Of a DNA stretch of 64,000 bases, positions 1-11,671 are shown in pieces (the stretch's first letter is position 1; each line of letters starts with the position of its first letter). The stretch spans positions 124,001 through 188,000 of the forward strand of contig NW_002060969.1 of NCBI RefSeq assembly GCF_000150275.1, given 5' to 3'. The translations under genes were made by a program, and so were the position numbers. Source of the DNA: Trichoplax adhaerens (Eukaryota; Animalia; Placozoa). The notes below the pieces were generated by a model. That model worked only from the letters and a program-made list of their open reading frames with translations. It was not told the DNA's origin and made no database searches.

Positions 1-413
1 ATTATCGAGGCCATATTTGAATTTACTGGTATCAAACATTATTCATTCAGGTACTTAGTAGTAATTGCACCCGGATTTAACTATAATTATGAACAGCATA
101 CCCGGGGCACAAATTTTTACATTTGCAATCCCTAATTCAAAGTCAGGCACAGCTACACTAATATTACAACATATTAATCTGGAAAGGCCATGATATTATG
201 GCCTAGGCTAAGTATACTAGTAGCATATCATAGTATTACGGCGCGATTTACATACTCTGACATTAACGGATGATTTATTGAAAATTCTGGTCTCGTATGA
301 AAGCGGCACCATTTAACGTTAAAATTGATTAGCTGTGATTACATATTAATTTTAAGGTTCGAAGATTTATAAACTTTACTTACTGAATTAAACACTGTAT
401 ATATTTCACTTAG

Positions 414-2878
414 ATGTGGATATCTTTTGCATCAGTAGCCGATGTTACCGCAGAATTTTACAATGTCACCTCCTTTCAAGTTGATTTCCTATCTTTGACC
501 TACATGATTGCATTCCTGGTAATCGGTTTATTTTCGTCCTGGCTTATAGATACATGGGGCCTACGGATAGGTGTAAGATACGAATGATTATTTACGGTAG
601 TAGGGTCAGTAGTTTCTCCTTGGTAAAGATATATAAAAGGAACGTGAACAATAAATAATTTATCAGGATCGTTCCTGCTACAGATTGGTGATACCATATG
701 ATCTTAACGGAACATGTTTCTAGTCAACTGGACAGATGTTTATTTTAACAGAGTATTAGCTCATCTCTATTGATAAACGTAGAGCAATTATTTTTTCCTA
801 ACAATGATTTGTTTCTGTTATAGGTTTTATTCAGTGTTTATGTCACTTTAATTGGCGCAGTAATCAGAATCTTGAGTGGACTCTCTTTTGTAAATAAGAG
901 ATACAAATATTCTGTAGTTATGATAGGACAAACCTTAGGTGCAATTGCTCAACCATTCTTGTTGGAATCACCAACAAAACTAGCGGCATTGTGGTTTCCT
1001 GGCAATCAACGAGCTATCGCTAACACTCTAAGTACAATGTGTATGTGAAAGTAAATCATTTGCTATCGTATGTTAAAGAAATCACATAAAGAATTAGTTG
1101 CTTCTTTAAGGCAATTCTTTATGTTAATATTGTGATGAAATTCGATTGCAAGGTATAAGTGTGGTGGTCGGTTAGTATTTGATAAAGTAGAGCATTTTAA
1201 AAGTAAAGCACTGTACGTTAAGAAGTTACATGTTGGTCGCCCACGATCACAATTTTAAGTTCATGATACCAGTATCGTTACCGCAGCCTTCACTCTGTGA
1301 TAGCTACATTCTAAGATAAATACATTTTAAGAATACAGTAAGTAGCGTTAAATTGCGGCTCAAAATAATAAGATCTAATCTTAATCAAATTAAATTTGTA
1401 ATGCTGCAAACAGCAAACCCCTGCGGAATCCTTCTGGCGAATGCTCTTTCTCCTGTCATAGTTACTAGTACAAATAAGTTACCGTTAATGGTAAGTGTAA
1501 TGCATGCATTTTTCCTGCAATGAGTTCGATGGCTATGAAGCTGTTAGTAACATTAATTTTCATATTTTCTTAGCTTGAACTGTATACGATTATACCGGCA
1601 ATAGCTGTTATTCTAGCTACTTTAGGATTTTGTGAGAATACCCCGCCGAGACCACCTAGCTCATCAGCTGCAGAAGTTGGGGAACCTTTCTTTGACGGCT
1701 TAAAATTGGTATGATCAGCAATGTATCTCAATTTTGATTTATAAATTTGACTGATCCCTTTAATTCTATTCGTCATGCCTATCGGATTATTTATTGCAGG
1801 TATTCCAGTCTCGATCTTATATTGTTTTATTCATATGTATGGGAGTTGGAATCGGCATATTTAGTGCATTGAGTACCGTTATCGAACAAGTTCTCTGCGT
1901 TCGCGGTTATAGTAATGTATGTCGTGTACGATGAATGCAAGAAGATGTCTGATATATAATAGTTTATACTTTACTAAAGATATATATCGGTATGTCATAA
2001 TTCCTTTCGATCCAATTAGGAGTTCTCTGGGCTTTGCGGTGCCCTTATGATTGGATGCGGCTTAATCGGAGCGCTTCTCAGCGGCGTATATGTAGATCGA
2101 ACTAAAAAGTTTATCGAAACCGCGAAGGTCTTGATATGTTGCGCTACCTTCACCTTAATAGCATTTTCTATGGTAAGTGTACCTTCTAATATTTTATCAA
2201 TCCTATTTTGTATTCGCAATATATATTAAATATTTATGCCTCGTATAATGCAAATCTCTTCGGCTATTTATATTTTTTATTGCGTAATTTATATAAGATT
2301 TTGAGGTAGAATTTTCGACAGTTCATGATAATAAGTCTTATTTTATGTCTGTAGATCACCCGATTTCGGGGCTTACCTGCTCCAACTATACTATGTATAT
2401 GTCTTTTCGGAGCATTTGCATTTGGACTTCTTCCAGTCGGTCTAGAATTAGCTGTGGAATGTACTTACCCTGTAGCGGAAGCAACGAGTTCTGGTCTTCT
2501 ATGGATGTCGGGGTATAATGCATGTTACTATGAATCTTAGTTATTACATCGTAAAAAATTGCTAATCTCGATATAAAAAATGTTCTTTTCCGCTTAAAGC
2601 ATCTAATTTGAATATTATTTCTTAGGCAAATTTTTGGAATTATTTGTATCGTATCTTCTCAGGCTGTATCTACGCCACTTCCTGTGGCTGAAATACCTTA
2701 CTCTAACTGCGCTAATAGTACGGCTAATAGAGACAGTGGACCTCTTGATATGACATGGTCATTGCTATTTATGTCCTCATTTGCTGTAATCGCATCATGT
2801 TTGCTAGTAGTACTTTTTCATACACCTTATAAACGGTTAAATGCTGAAAAAAAATATGGAGAAGAGTATGGTTGTTGA
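414..2878 (+). CDS. MFS transporter, SLC49A3/MFSD7 (FLVCR family)-like; multi-exon, first exon(s) probably upstream of the window
   Basis: Exons at about 414-573 (MWISFASVADVTAEFY...IDTWGLR), 824-1040 (GQTLGAIAQPFLLESPTKLAALWFPGNQRAIANT), 1414-1490, 1574-1708 (PPRPPSSSAA), 1799-1916, 2020-2172, 2355-2512 (LELAVECTYPVAEATSSG) and 2626-2878. GT-AG boundaries; motifs typical of SLC49. Confidence 0.85.
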
Positions 2879-4609
2879 TATAATTGATGTACTGTATACT
2901 AAGATCTTATAAGATCTTATAACTAATATTTCGTTACATGATTTATATGAATTAAAATAACAATTATCATACTTTATTCGCTGAAATTATAATTTGCACA
3001 TTCAATACATATTCACATTGGACACTTGCACTATATTAGCCGACTACGCACAACACCCAGAGTCATGTAGTGGTTTTAGAAAACTTAGTTTTATGTGCCC
3101 TATGTCAATTTTAAATATATATAATCTGCATGCCTTTAGACAGCATGATTTCTTTTCATTTACTGAACTTTTAATTAATTAATATACGCTTATACAATAC
3201 ACTTTTTTTTAACACAATGCCTATATGGCCTTGACATAATGCATAAATACTTTCGGCTTTAATAGCAGAATTTGTAGTCGTATGCCTGATTCCTTTCATA
3301 AATTGCTTTTTCGGTAAAGGTGCCCGTGCATACAGTACTATCTATTCTATATCAGAAATTTCTTAGCTAGAATTTGAATTGATTTACGTACACGTATGAT
3401 TCTACTGAAGTAGGCGCTGTTTCAGGTTACTCACATGTAGTAGTTAAAACGTACAGACGTTGCCTTGAATTAATTGTACAGTATAACAATTGCCTGCGCG
3501 TCTGTTTATTGGATTCTATCTGCATTGTACCATACCTACTACGCGATTACTAGGGTTACTGATATCAATCCGTCAGGATTCAGGTGGTATACTGTACGGA
3601 ATTTTAGTATACGGAATGCATTTGTAATAAAGGTTAATTTTTTAGAATTCTCCTTCAAGCTTTTCTTATTATAATAAGTATTGTAGTCGTAAAAATAACT
3701 TAATTTGGTTTAACCACAGTAAGGTTACCTTAGTATCGTAACATATTGTAATCCGACTTCTTTATTCGGGTTAGAAATTAAGAATATTCTATACCATAAC
3801 TTTGATAAGGATATCACGATGTTAGATTGTAATTCATGCGATGTACTTAATTAGTATAATGCTCATGCTTCAATTATGATAAAAAAAACTTGTAACCAAT
3901 TTCGATTACAAAGTACAGTTGAAATAATGATACTTCGTTATTGAATACAGCGTAAACCTAAACATTTCGATCTGGGTTCTAATTTAAGATTGTTAGTCTG
4001 TCTTAGTCTATTTTTTAGTTATATGTTATATACCGTAGAAGAGTACAATTTGTAGATTTAGTAATTTTGGGAATCTGGGGTACAATTTATCTGATCAAAT
4101 GTGTTTAATTGCTAGTTTTGTTTGGAATACTTTAGAATAGTAATTTGATAGTACTGTATGTTACCACCAATTGCTCTGCGTAGCATATAAAAGGTGGCGT
4201 AGTTCAAGTCTTAGCTGAAGATAGAAAGTGAAGATTAGGATCTTCCTGTATTCGGGAGTAAATCGTATTTTACGTTGGTAGTTTGATTGGTTGAGGCAGT
4301 AATTCTGCCCTTATTATCATTTTTAATTAATTTTTCCAAGTTGTTTGCTAAACCATAAATAAACTGGTGTTTTCCCCTAATTTTCCTTTAGTTAGAATTC
4401 AAAAGTTATTAGACTTAAACTTTTACGTTCATTCTATTACTCACTTCTGTACTGTACTTTGTATCTCATAGATTAATGTTACGAAATGTTCATATATGAT
4501 ATTTAGTATAGACAAATAGAGTATATTGTATTACAAGCGGATTATCCTAGTTACTATACAGTATAAAAATAAATAATTTTTTTTAATTATCACGGCACAT
4601 GCGTATAGT

Positions 4610-4740
4610 GTCTGTAGTACAGTATAATATGTATGATACTTAATTGTAGATATCTTGGCCAACTGCGTTAGTGTACTGTACAGTACTGTACTGTACTGTA
4701 CTGTACATTGGATCCCTCAACTGTACAGTACATACAGTAT
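4610..4740. repeat. ACAGT/ACTGT pentamer array not adjacent to any protein-coding 5' end
   Basis: gtactgtacagtactgtactgtactgtactgtac at about 4673-4706 plus flanking tacagta units, between two convergent genes. Confidence 0.8.
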
Positions 4741-4819
4741 ATCATTACAATAGCTTTCTATCATAATGCGTTGATATAAAATAACATACATAGGAAGCCC
4801 TAAAAGTTATTTAGTTGTT

Positions 4820-5570
4820 ATAAATTTTCCTGAGGTCCTGGAAGTAGAGTAAAAAGCTAACCCTTAAATATCAGACAGTCGGAGCTATATCGCTCTGATC
4901 CTACGTAATAATCTTCTTGGCAAGTGCCCAGAAGTATTACACTGTCTATTTAATTAATTAAATGATACTGAATTTGAACGAACGTGTTACGTATTGCTAG
5001 CGCCTGCTACCATCTTATTTTATGACACCTTGTATTCTTATCAGTTACTGTATGGTAGTACAGTAGTTCTGTTACGTATCGGATATTATTGTTTGGAGCA
5101 TTGATTCCGGTGTATAAAGAGGTTAGAAGAATTAATAAAGGTAGATATTCTCGTGGAAAGATAGCTGCTAGTCTCACTCCAGTTATCTGAGTTAGAACCT
5201 TTTACACCCTACAAATCTAACTAACGCAATGCACGTGCTACCGTATATTAACTTCCTTCAACTGGGTTACTATGGCACGGTGATGTACTATTCAAGTACT
5301 AGTGGGTTCGACTAGTATACTGTAATTACTCAGTCATTTACATTGGTACATCAGGCACGTACACCTCTTCAAGTTCTATACATGAATAGTGTACACATAC
5401 TCTACGTGATTGCGATTACAAAAATACTACATTATGGTGTTACTACAGACAGTCACTTACTAGAAGCTTATAACCGCTTCTCCTTTCCATAATTATGTTT
5501 ATTACAGTTATAAAAAGACTGTTAACTGTAAACACTTATGGGTAAGACCACTTAATAGGCGAAGGGATTC
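4820..5570 (+). ncRNA. Candidate structured non-coding RNA (chain of six stem-loop domains)
   Basis: Hand-folded helices: AGACAGT(4873)/ACTGTCT(4947) three-way junction; TGCTACCAT/ATGGTAGTA; GCATTG/CAATGC enclosing GGTGTA..AGGTT/AACCT..TACACC and AGATAGCTG/CAGTTATCT; ACGTGCT/GGCACGT enclosing TGATGTACTA/TGGTACATCA; GTGATTG/CAGTCAC; CCATAA..TACAGTTA/TAACTGTA..TTATGG. Non-Watson-Crick positions within these helices are G-U on the + strand. Confidence 0.55.
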
Positions 5571-5935
5571 CATGTCGGTATTTTATTATTATGAAAAGAC
5601 TGCTTTCAATCAAACAAAGTATAAACCGAAACATTCAAAGTTCTATAAATAGCTAGAGCAAGTTATAAAATAAATCAAGTCAATTGTGAATCATTGTAAC
5701 AATACAAATGTCATGTACTGCCGAATGCATCGATTTCGAAGTACGCGTATGGTATAAGCACAAATAGCTACGTATTATAATTACAAATACGATAAAAGTG
5801 ATTGGTTTCTTTCATGTTTTCGTTCTAGGTTTCCGGCGAGAATACAAGTTTATATAAGCTTTTGTTGTCAACAGTTGTAAGCCCTTCACGAATTTGAACA
5901 ACCTGTAATTCATTAAGAAACGAACGGAGATGGAA

Positions 5936-8900
5936 TTACATGCCACGAGGTCTAGCAGGTCTACCTCGCCCACGACCTGCCATATCCCGTGAAATCGGAG
6001 GTGGACCGTCCGAACTAGACTTCGGACCTTTGATGGTTTCATCTACAGATAAAATTAAACAGGCAGCTTCGACAGCAGCGGTGATAGCATTATTTTTGAT
6101 GATGGCTGGTTCCCATACACAAGCTTCGAAGTTATCAGTGATATCTTCTCGATTGATATCGACACCATACCAAATACCTCCTACCAGAGCAGATTTGTTA
6201 TTGAATGCATTATATAATAAATATTTCTTTATTGCTAAATTGGTTAAATTACCTTCTGCATGCTTTTGTCTTAATTTATTAAGAATATTAGTAGCATCGA
6301 AGCCAGCATTATCGCATAATTGCCTAGGAATAATTTCTAATGCCATTGCCATCGCACCAATGATTAATTGTTCTTTACCATAAATCGTACGAGAGCATTC
6401 CCTCAAATAACGTGAGAGTTCCATTTCGATCGCGCCACCTCCAGCAACAACAGAATCATTCTTCATAGCTCTTCTTACAATCATAATGGCATCATGAAGT
6501 GATCTCTCCGTTTCTTCCATAAATTGCTGAGCGCCACCACGAATGATAATGGTGCATGTCTTAGCCTTCGGGCATCCAGTAAAAATGTTATACCTATCGA
6601 ACGGAGAGAAAAAGAAGAATTTCCCAATTTCCCAAATAGTTCAGATGTCTTGTAATATTTTATCACCAAAAGTTTCGAGAAAATTTGTAACAATCCTAAC
6701 GTACTATAATGCAACATGTATTGAGAATTATCCTTACCTATCACCACCAATCTGCTCCTCTACGAAGAGCTTACAGTTCCCAAGAACATCATCTTTGAGA
6801 TCTTGGACAGATGTTTGGATACTACCTCCACAGGCCTTTAACGTTCTCTTCATATCTTCCTCTTGCACCCGACCAGCGCAAAATATATCACTAACAATAG
6901 ATAAATTAAGTAAGCCATTCTCAATTAAAGATTAGTTAAACAAGTTATTATAATATTAGCCATAAATTAAAATAACGAACCGATCAGCAAAGTATTGAGT
7001 AGCAACATCGCCAATAGGCAATTTTGACAACACAACTTTAGCTCCACTTTCCACGATCTTTTCTAATTTGTCATATAATATTTTCCATTCTGCATCAACT
7101 ACTGCTTGGTACTCCTATATATATTAATTCCGATATAAATAACGAGCGATCGAAAAATTAAACCAGAAAATTCTTGCGTTACAACACCTTAACGTTATCG
7201 ATCCTAACTTCTGCGTTTTCCTTTTCTGCTTTTAATTCTAATTCTACATTTAAAAGTACAATCTTTGGATTTTGGTATCTTTTTGGCTGCATTTCAAAAC
7301 CAGCATAAGAAAAAGTCTTCTTAAATGCAACACCAGCCACCAAGCGAGAATCCTGTAGGCCGCCTCCTGCTACTTTTTTCATGCCAATCATATCTAGTGG
7401 CAATAAATCATCCAGCATAGTAACAGCGTCTACTACTATTTTCGCGAAAAAGTCCTTTTGTGAAGAAATTAACTTAGAGCTCATAGCAGTCATTGCACAT
7501 TTTTCAAGCAGCTTTCTCTGCTCACTAAAAACAGAGCAAATAAACGCTAAAGGTTATATGCTAACAGATCTGTTGTTGAAAATGTATAATTCAAAATAAT
7601 TGATTTAGCTACCTCGCATCTTCACTTTTAACGTGAACTGCCATATCCTGAATTTTTCTTAGAGCCTGTTTGTACCAGAAAAATACTTAAACTTTGAATA
7701 GCAGCAATCAATAATCTTTAGATGAGTACAAACTTCACGGCAAATATATTATTAAGAGATTGTGATAATTACCAGTTCAGCTCCACGTCGTAAGCTTTTA
7801 ATTATAATACGAGGATGAACGCCATCTTCAACGAAGAGCTTTACTTGTTTCATAAATTCAGTAGCGAGTAAAACTACCGTAGTCGTTCCATCGCCAACCT
7901 GCATAGAGATAAATGATATTAGTTATCTCTTGGATCTATATCGAAAATTAGCATTAGAAAGATGTGCAAACTTGTTACAAAATTTTAAAAACAACTTTAG
8001 TTGCCTAAACTAATGTGAGTTACCTCACGATAGTTTAGATAAAAAGAACATTTGCTATCGAGTTTCACTTATTGCATTATATATTTAGTTATCAGATTAG
8101 ATTTCTGTAATATTAGACTACTTTAATAATAAATGGTCAAAACATTTTAATAATATTATTGCTCCCATAAGTATGACTGGTGTGTCTCTACTGCCATGCT
8201 TTACTGCAACTTACTTGCCACTCACTGCCAGACTCCCTAAAAGTTACTGGCAGTAGCAGCCCCCTTATTTTACTGTCAGTAAGATACTAAATATGACTAA
8301 ATAAGCTGGAGAGCTTTGATTTGTGGTGTTGGAAGGAATCCATAGTTATTGCTACAGGAAGGTATTCAGACTAAGACAATTGCTCCTCCCGGACAACTGC
8401 CAAAAATTAAGTTATAACATTGGATTATGTTACTTGCAAGGAATTTTATTTTGTTATCTATGAATCCATATAAAATTTTATTCAAGTAGATTGCATAAGC
8501 ATCCTCTAATTACTTTGCCTTATAAATCTTTAAGAAATATAAGGCTTAACTTAATACAACTATGTCAGTCCTAAGCTATATCAATTGAAGGATAATGCTG
8601 CAGAAACCGGGTTAATATAGATTCGTGATGTATTACAATAGTAAATTTCGTTTAGGAATATACATGCTGCAAAGATATTAACTGGCAGCCGCGCCATTTT
8701 GCACCATATAATTATATACTGGCTGATTAGAAAGGGTTTCAGGGGTGATACGATTCAGACAATGATAATTCAGTCTCTGTTGTTTACCTCTGCGTCCTGA
8801 GATTGTGCAATATCAACTAAAATCTTTGCTGCCGGATGGACGATTTCCAACCTCTTCATAATAGTTGCCCCATCGTTTGAAATTGTAGTTCGACCTGTAA

Positions 8901-9851
8901 ATAAAAAGAATAACAAAGGATAAGGCTTATTAAGGAATGCTACGCAGTGTAGTAAAGCTTTTTACGAAAATTAATCATAATTTGCGCATTAAATTATGAA
9001 TCGACTAATGTACAAGCAAAATGCAAAACTTATCGTAGCTAATTTACAGTTCAAGCATATAAAATAAAAAATTTATTCTATTTCTGTGCTCATTAATAAT
9101 AATAAAGCAGGTTCAATGAAATTGATCCGAAGGTTCGCACTACTGTCAATAATCCTATCATTAACAACAATTAATCGATTACATAGATAAATTAATTCAT
9201 CAATTCTCAACTTAGCCTAAAGTTAACTGCGATTAGCAATCGTTCTTCTATTCTGAATAAACGAAACACATCATGATTCATATATCATGTTACAACATAC
9301 TGCTATTCGAATGCACGGCACTAACATCTTCATTTAGTATTTCAGCAGATTACAGATCCGAAATTTACTATCATTGGCAGCAGCCTACGGTTATTTCAGT
9401 ATTCGCATATGAAACAGTGCAGTCATTCTATTTCATATACTGTAATTACTCGGATAAAATTAACGAATAATAGTTCACTATTACAGCTTTTCAACTATTC
9501 TAAAATACCTGTACTGTCAACAATCAGCTTATCCATACCACGCGGTCCGAGAGTAGTTTGAACAGCGTCTGCAATGAGTTGGCAAGCATTAATGTTACTT
9601 ATCAGTTGCGGTTTTCCTTGGGAAGTATCAGTTCCATCTTTTAACAGAATGATTTGTGGCTGCTGTAAAACGTTTGCGATGCCCGTTAAGTATTCGATAA
9701 ATTATTAATAAAATAATACAAAATTTCATATCAAATCCCTGGATTAAACTGTAACTCTATCTCAATCGTATTATAGCATATCGATGCAGAGAAAAAATGG
9801 TAGATGACATAAGATTTAATCCTGATTATAACCTACCATTAAGGAGGCCAT
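5936..9851 (-). CDS. CCT7: T-complex protein 1 subunit eta (CCT7)
   Basis: MASLM|[27 protein letters not shown]...[43 protein letters not shown], and a C-terminal GRGRGRP tail typical of eta. Confidence 0.97.
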
Positions 9852-9920
9852 ATTCGATTTGCTTGTAGCCTGTGTACAGTAAGTTATCTCACAACTATCG
9901 TTGGCTTTCCTCTACTTTAT

Positions 9921-10545
9921 GGCCCGGCCCGCGCACGCACGCACCGTACAGTACTGTTATAACGAACAAAATGTACTGTACAGTTTGTACTGTGAAATGA
10001 TCATTTTATCTGTTTTTTTTAAATCTACTGTACAGTAGATCGAATTTCTACACCCTCTGTACTGTACAATACAGTACTGCACATTAAGGGTCTACTGCAC
10101 ACTGTGCTGTACTGTACAGTACTGTACATTGTACAAGTGTTCAGTACTGTACACTGCACGTCTATGCAGTACGGTACAGTAAAGTATGCGATATACTCAC
10201 TAACCAATCAGAATACTTTTATTTTTTTTCATCCAATCACAACGCGCTTTTGAGAATTTTAGTTCGATCGATATGCTTCGAGTATTCCGTGTACTGTACT
10301 GTACACTAGTGTACAGTACAGTACAGTACTGTACAGTACGGCACAGCTCTCCTACAGTATATTGTACTGTACACTGTACAGTACATTACTGACGATTCCA
10401 ATAAGGTAGTACAGTACAGTACAGTACAGTACAGTACTATTCTACAGTACTGTACTCAGTCTCAGTTTAAGTACTGTACTGTACAGTACTTTACTGTAAT
10501 AATCAGTCATTCGAGAGTTGAGGCGTTGAAATATTTCACTGTCAG
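9921..10545. promoter_or_regulatory. Bidirectional promoter (CCT7 / ubiquitin-like ORF): GC-rich box, two CCAAT boxes, dense ACAGT arrays
   Basis: ggcccggcccgcgcacgcacgcac at 9921-9944; CCAATCA at about 10204 and 10233; (ACAGT)n arrays at 9947-10500. Confidence 0.6.
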
Positions 10546-10800
10546 TAAGTAATCTGAAACATCTAGTACCATGTCAATATGATCTACAATTAAAGGATGA
10601 GATTTGCAAAGGTGTTCATTTCGTGGGTCTTTCCACTATACTTGTAGTAAAGCTTTCCGACATGAAACACTATTAGAAAGTAGTAGAATGACATATTTTT
10701 TATAAGTTACATATAAAAAATATACGCCACATACAGTACAGCATATAGCATAATTATTATTATTATTATTATTATTAATTATAAATCATACATACGAAAG

Positions 10801-11040
10801 ATGAGAATCATCATAGAACGGCGATTTAAGAAATCCGTTGCTCGTCACACTGTTGAGATGCAAATGGGTGATGATATCCTTCAGATGAAACAAAAATATG
10901 CAGAAGAAACTGGTATTGACTTGCTAACTATAAATGGTTATTACGGTTTGTACGATGAAAATGATAACCTGCTATGCGACGAGATGTCGGCAACTAATTT
11001 CGAAGATGATGCGGTGGTCTATCTACTATATCAAGGTTAG
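10801..11040 (+). CDS. Small ubiquitin-like (beta-grasp) protein, 79 aa, ending in Gly; single coding exon
   Basis: Pattern matches ubiquitin: MRIIIE (beta1), HTVEM (beta2), DDILQMKQKYAEETGI (helix, cf. SDTIENVKAKIQDKEGI), YYGLY, LCDEMS (cf. LEDGRT), DDAVVYLLYQG (cf. ESTLHLVLRLRGG). Putative 5'-UTR intron from GTAAGT (10545) to AG (10800); AATAAA at about 11373. Confidence 0.65.
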   Translation: MRIIIERRFKKSVARHTVEMQMGDDILQMKQKYAEETGIDLLTINGYYGLYDENDNLLCDEMSATNFEDDAVVYLLYQG

Positions 11041-11183
11041 AAGCCACAATATAATATGAACTCCATACATACTGTATTACGAAATACGAGTCTACCCGTA
11101 TAATCTAATCTAATATATCGTGACTTTTTTAAACGATCATCACATACTGTACTACTGATTATGATAGGCGTACATGAATGAAC

Positions 11184-11245
11184 ACTACTAATAATTATAA
11201 GATAATCAATCTGCCTGGCGAAGCGTCCCGGCAGGCCAAAGCTAG
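11184..11245 (+). mobile_element. Possible minimal non-autonomous Helitron remnant
   Basis: AT-rich start ctactaataattataag, GC-rich hairpin CTGCC-tggcgaagcgtccc-GGCAG, then CTAG about 8 nt later: the Helitron 3'-end architecture. Confidence 0.35.
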
Positions 11246-11671
11246 CTTGTTAAATTACATTAGTTGTTGTTGCAGCGAGATACTGTATTCATGTTTGTAT
11301 TTGTATACCTACGTCAGTACACCTGTACAGTATACGCGTGTTTCAGGTACAATATACTACTGTACAGTAAACAATAAACATCGCGGATCAATTCGAATAT
11401 AAGCGGTTTAGTCGAATTGATCCAGCAACGCGTTACAATTTGACAGTTTAGTTAGTATTTTGGATCAAATCTATAGTATTTCAACTACTGCAAATCTTGC
11501 TAAATCATTGTAGTAAAATAAAATAAAAATTGTACTGTATGTACGGTACACTACAGAGTATACAGTACAGTACAGTATATCGCTTATTACTGTAGGAACT
11601 TCACTTTTGCAGTACGTCGTATGGATTTATGTGATCTATCAGCAGATGAAGGATATTTTTTCCCTTTCTCT

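Noticed and set aside
2900-2921. TAAGATCTTA tandem/palindromic repeat after the MFS stop
   Set aside because: Too short to interpret; most likely replication slippage.
4873-4947. Three-way junction read as a hammerhead ribozyme
   Set aside because: Has CTGATCC instead of CTGANGA and lacks the GAAA strand.
5940-6383. 147-aa + strand ORF
   Set aside because: Antisense shadow of CCT7 exons, running through an intron.
10025-10207. ORFs rich in YSTVQ/YCTV (also 21205-21393, 38538-38729, 43652-43876)
   Set aside because: Translations of the stop-poor ACAGT pentamer arrays.
9947-10500. Repeat arrays as CRISPR or prokaryotic elements
   Set aside because: Irregular 5-mer repeats with no repeat-spacer structure, in a eukaryotic intron-rich context.
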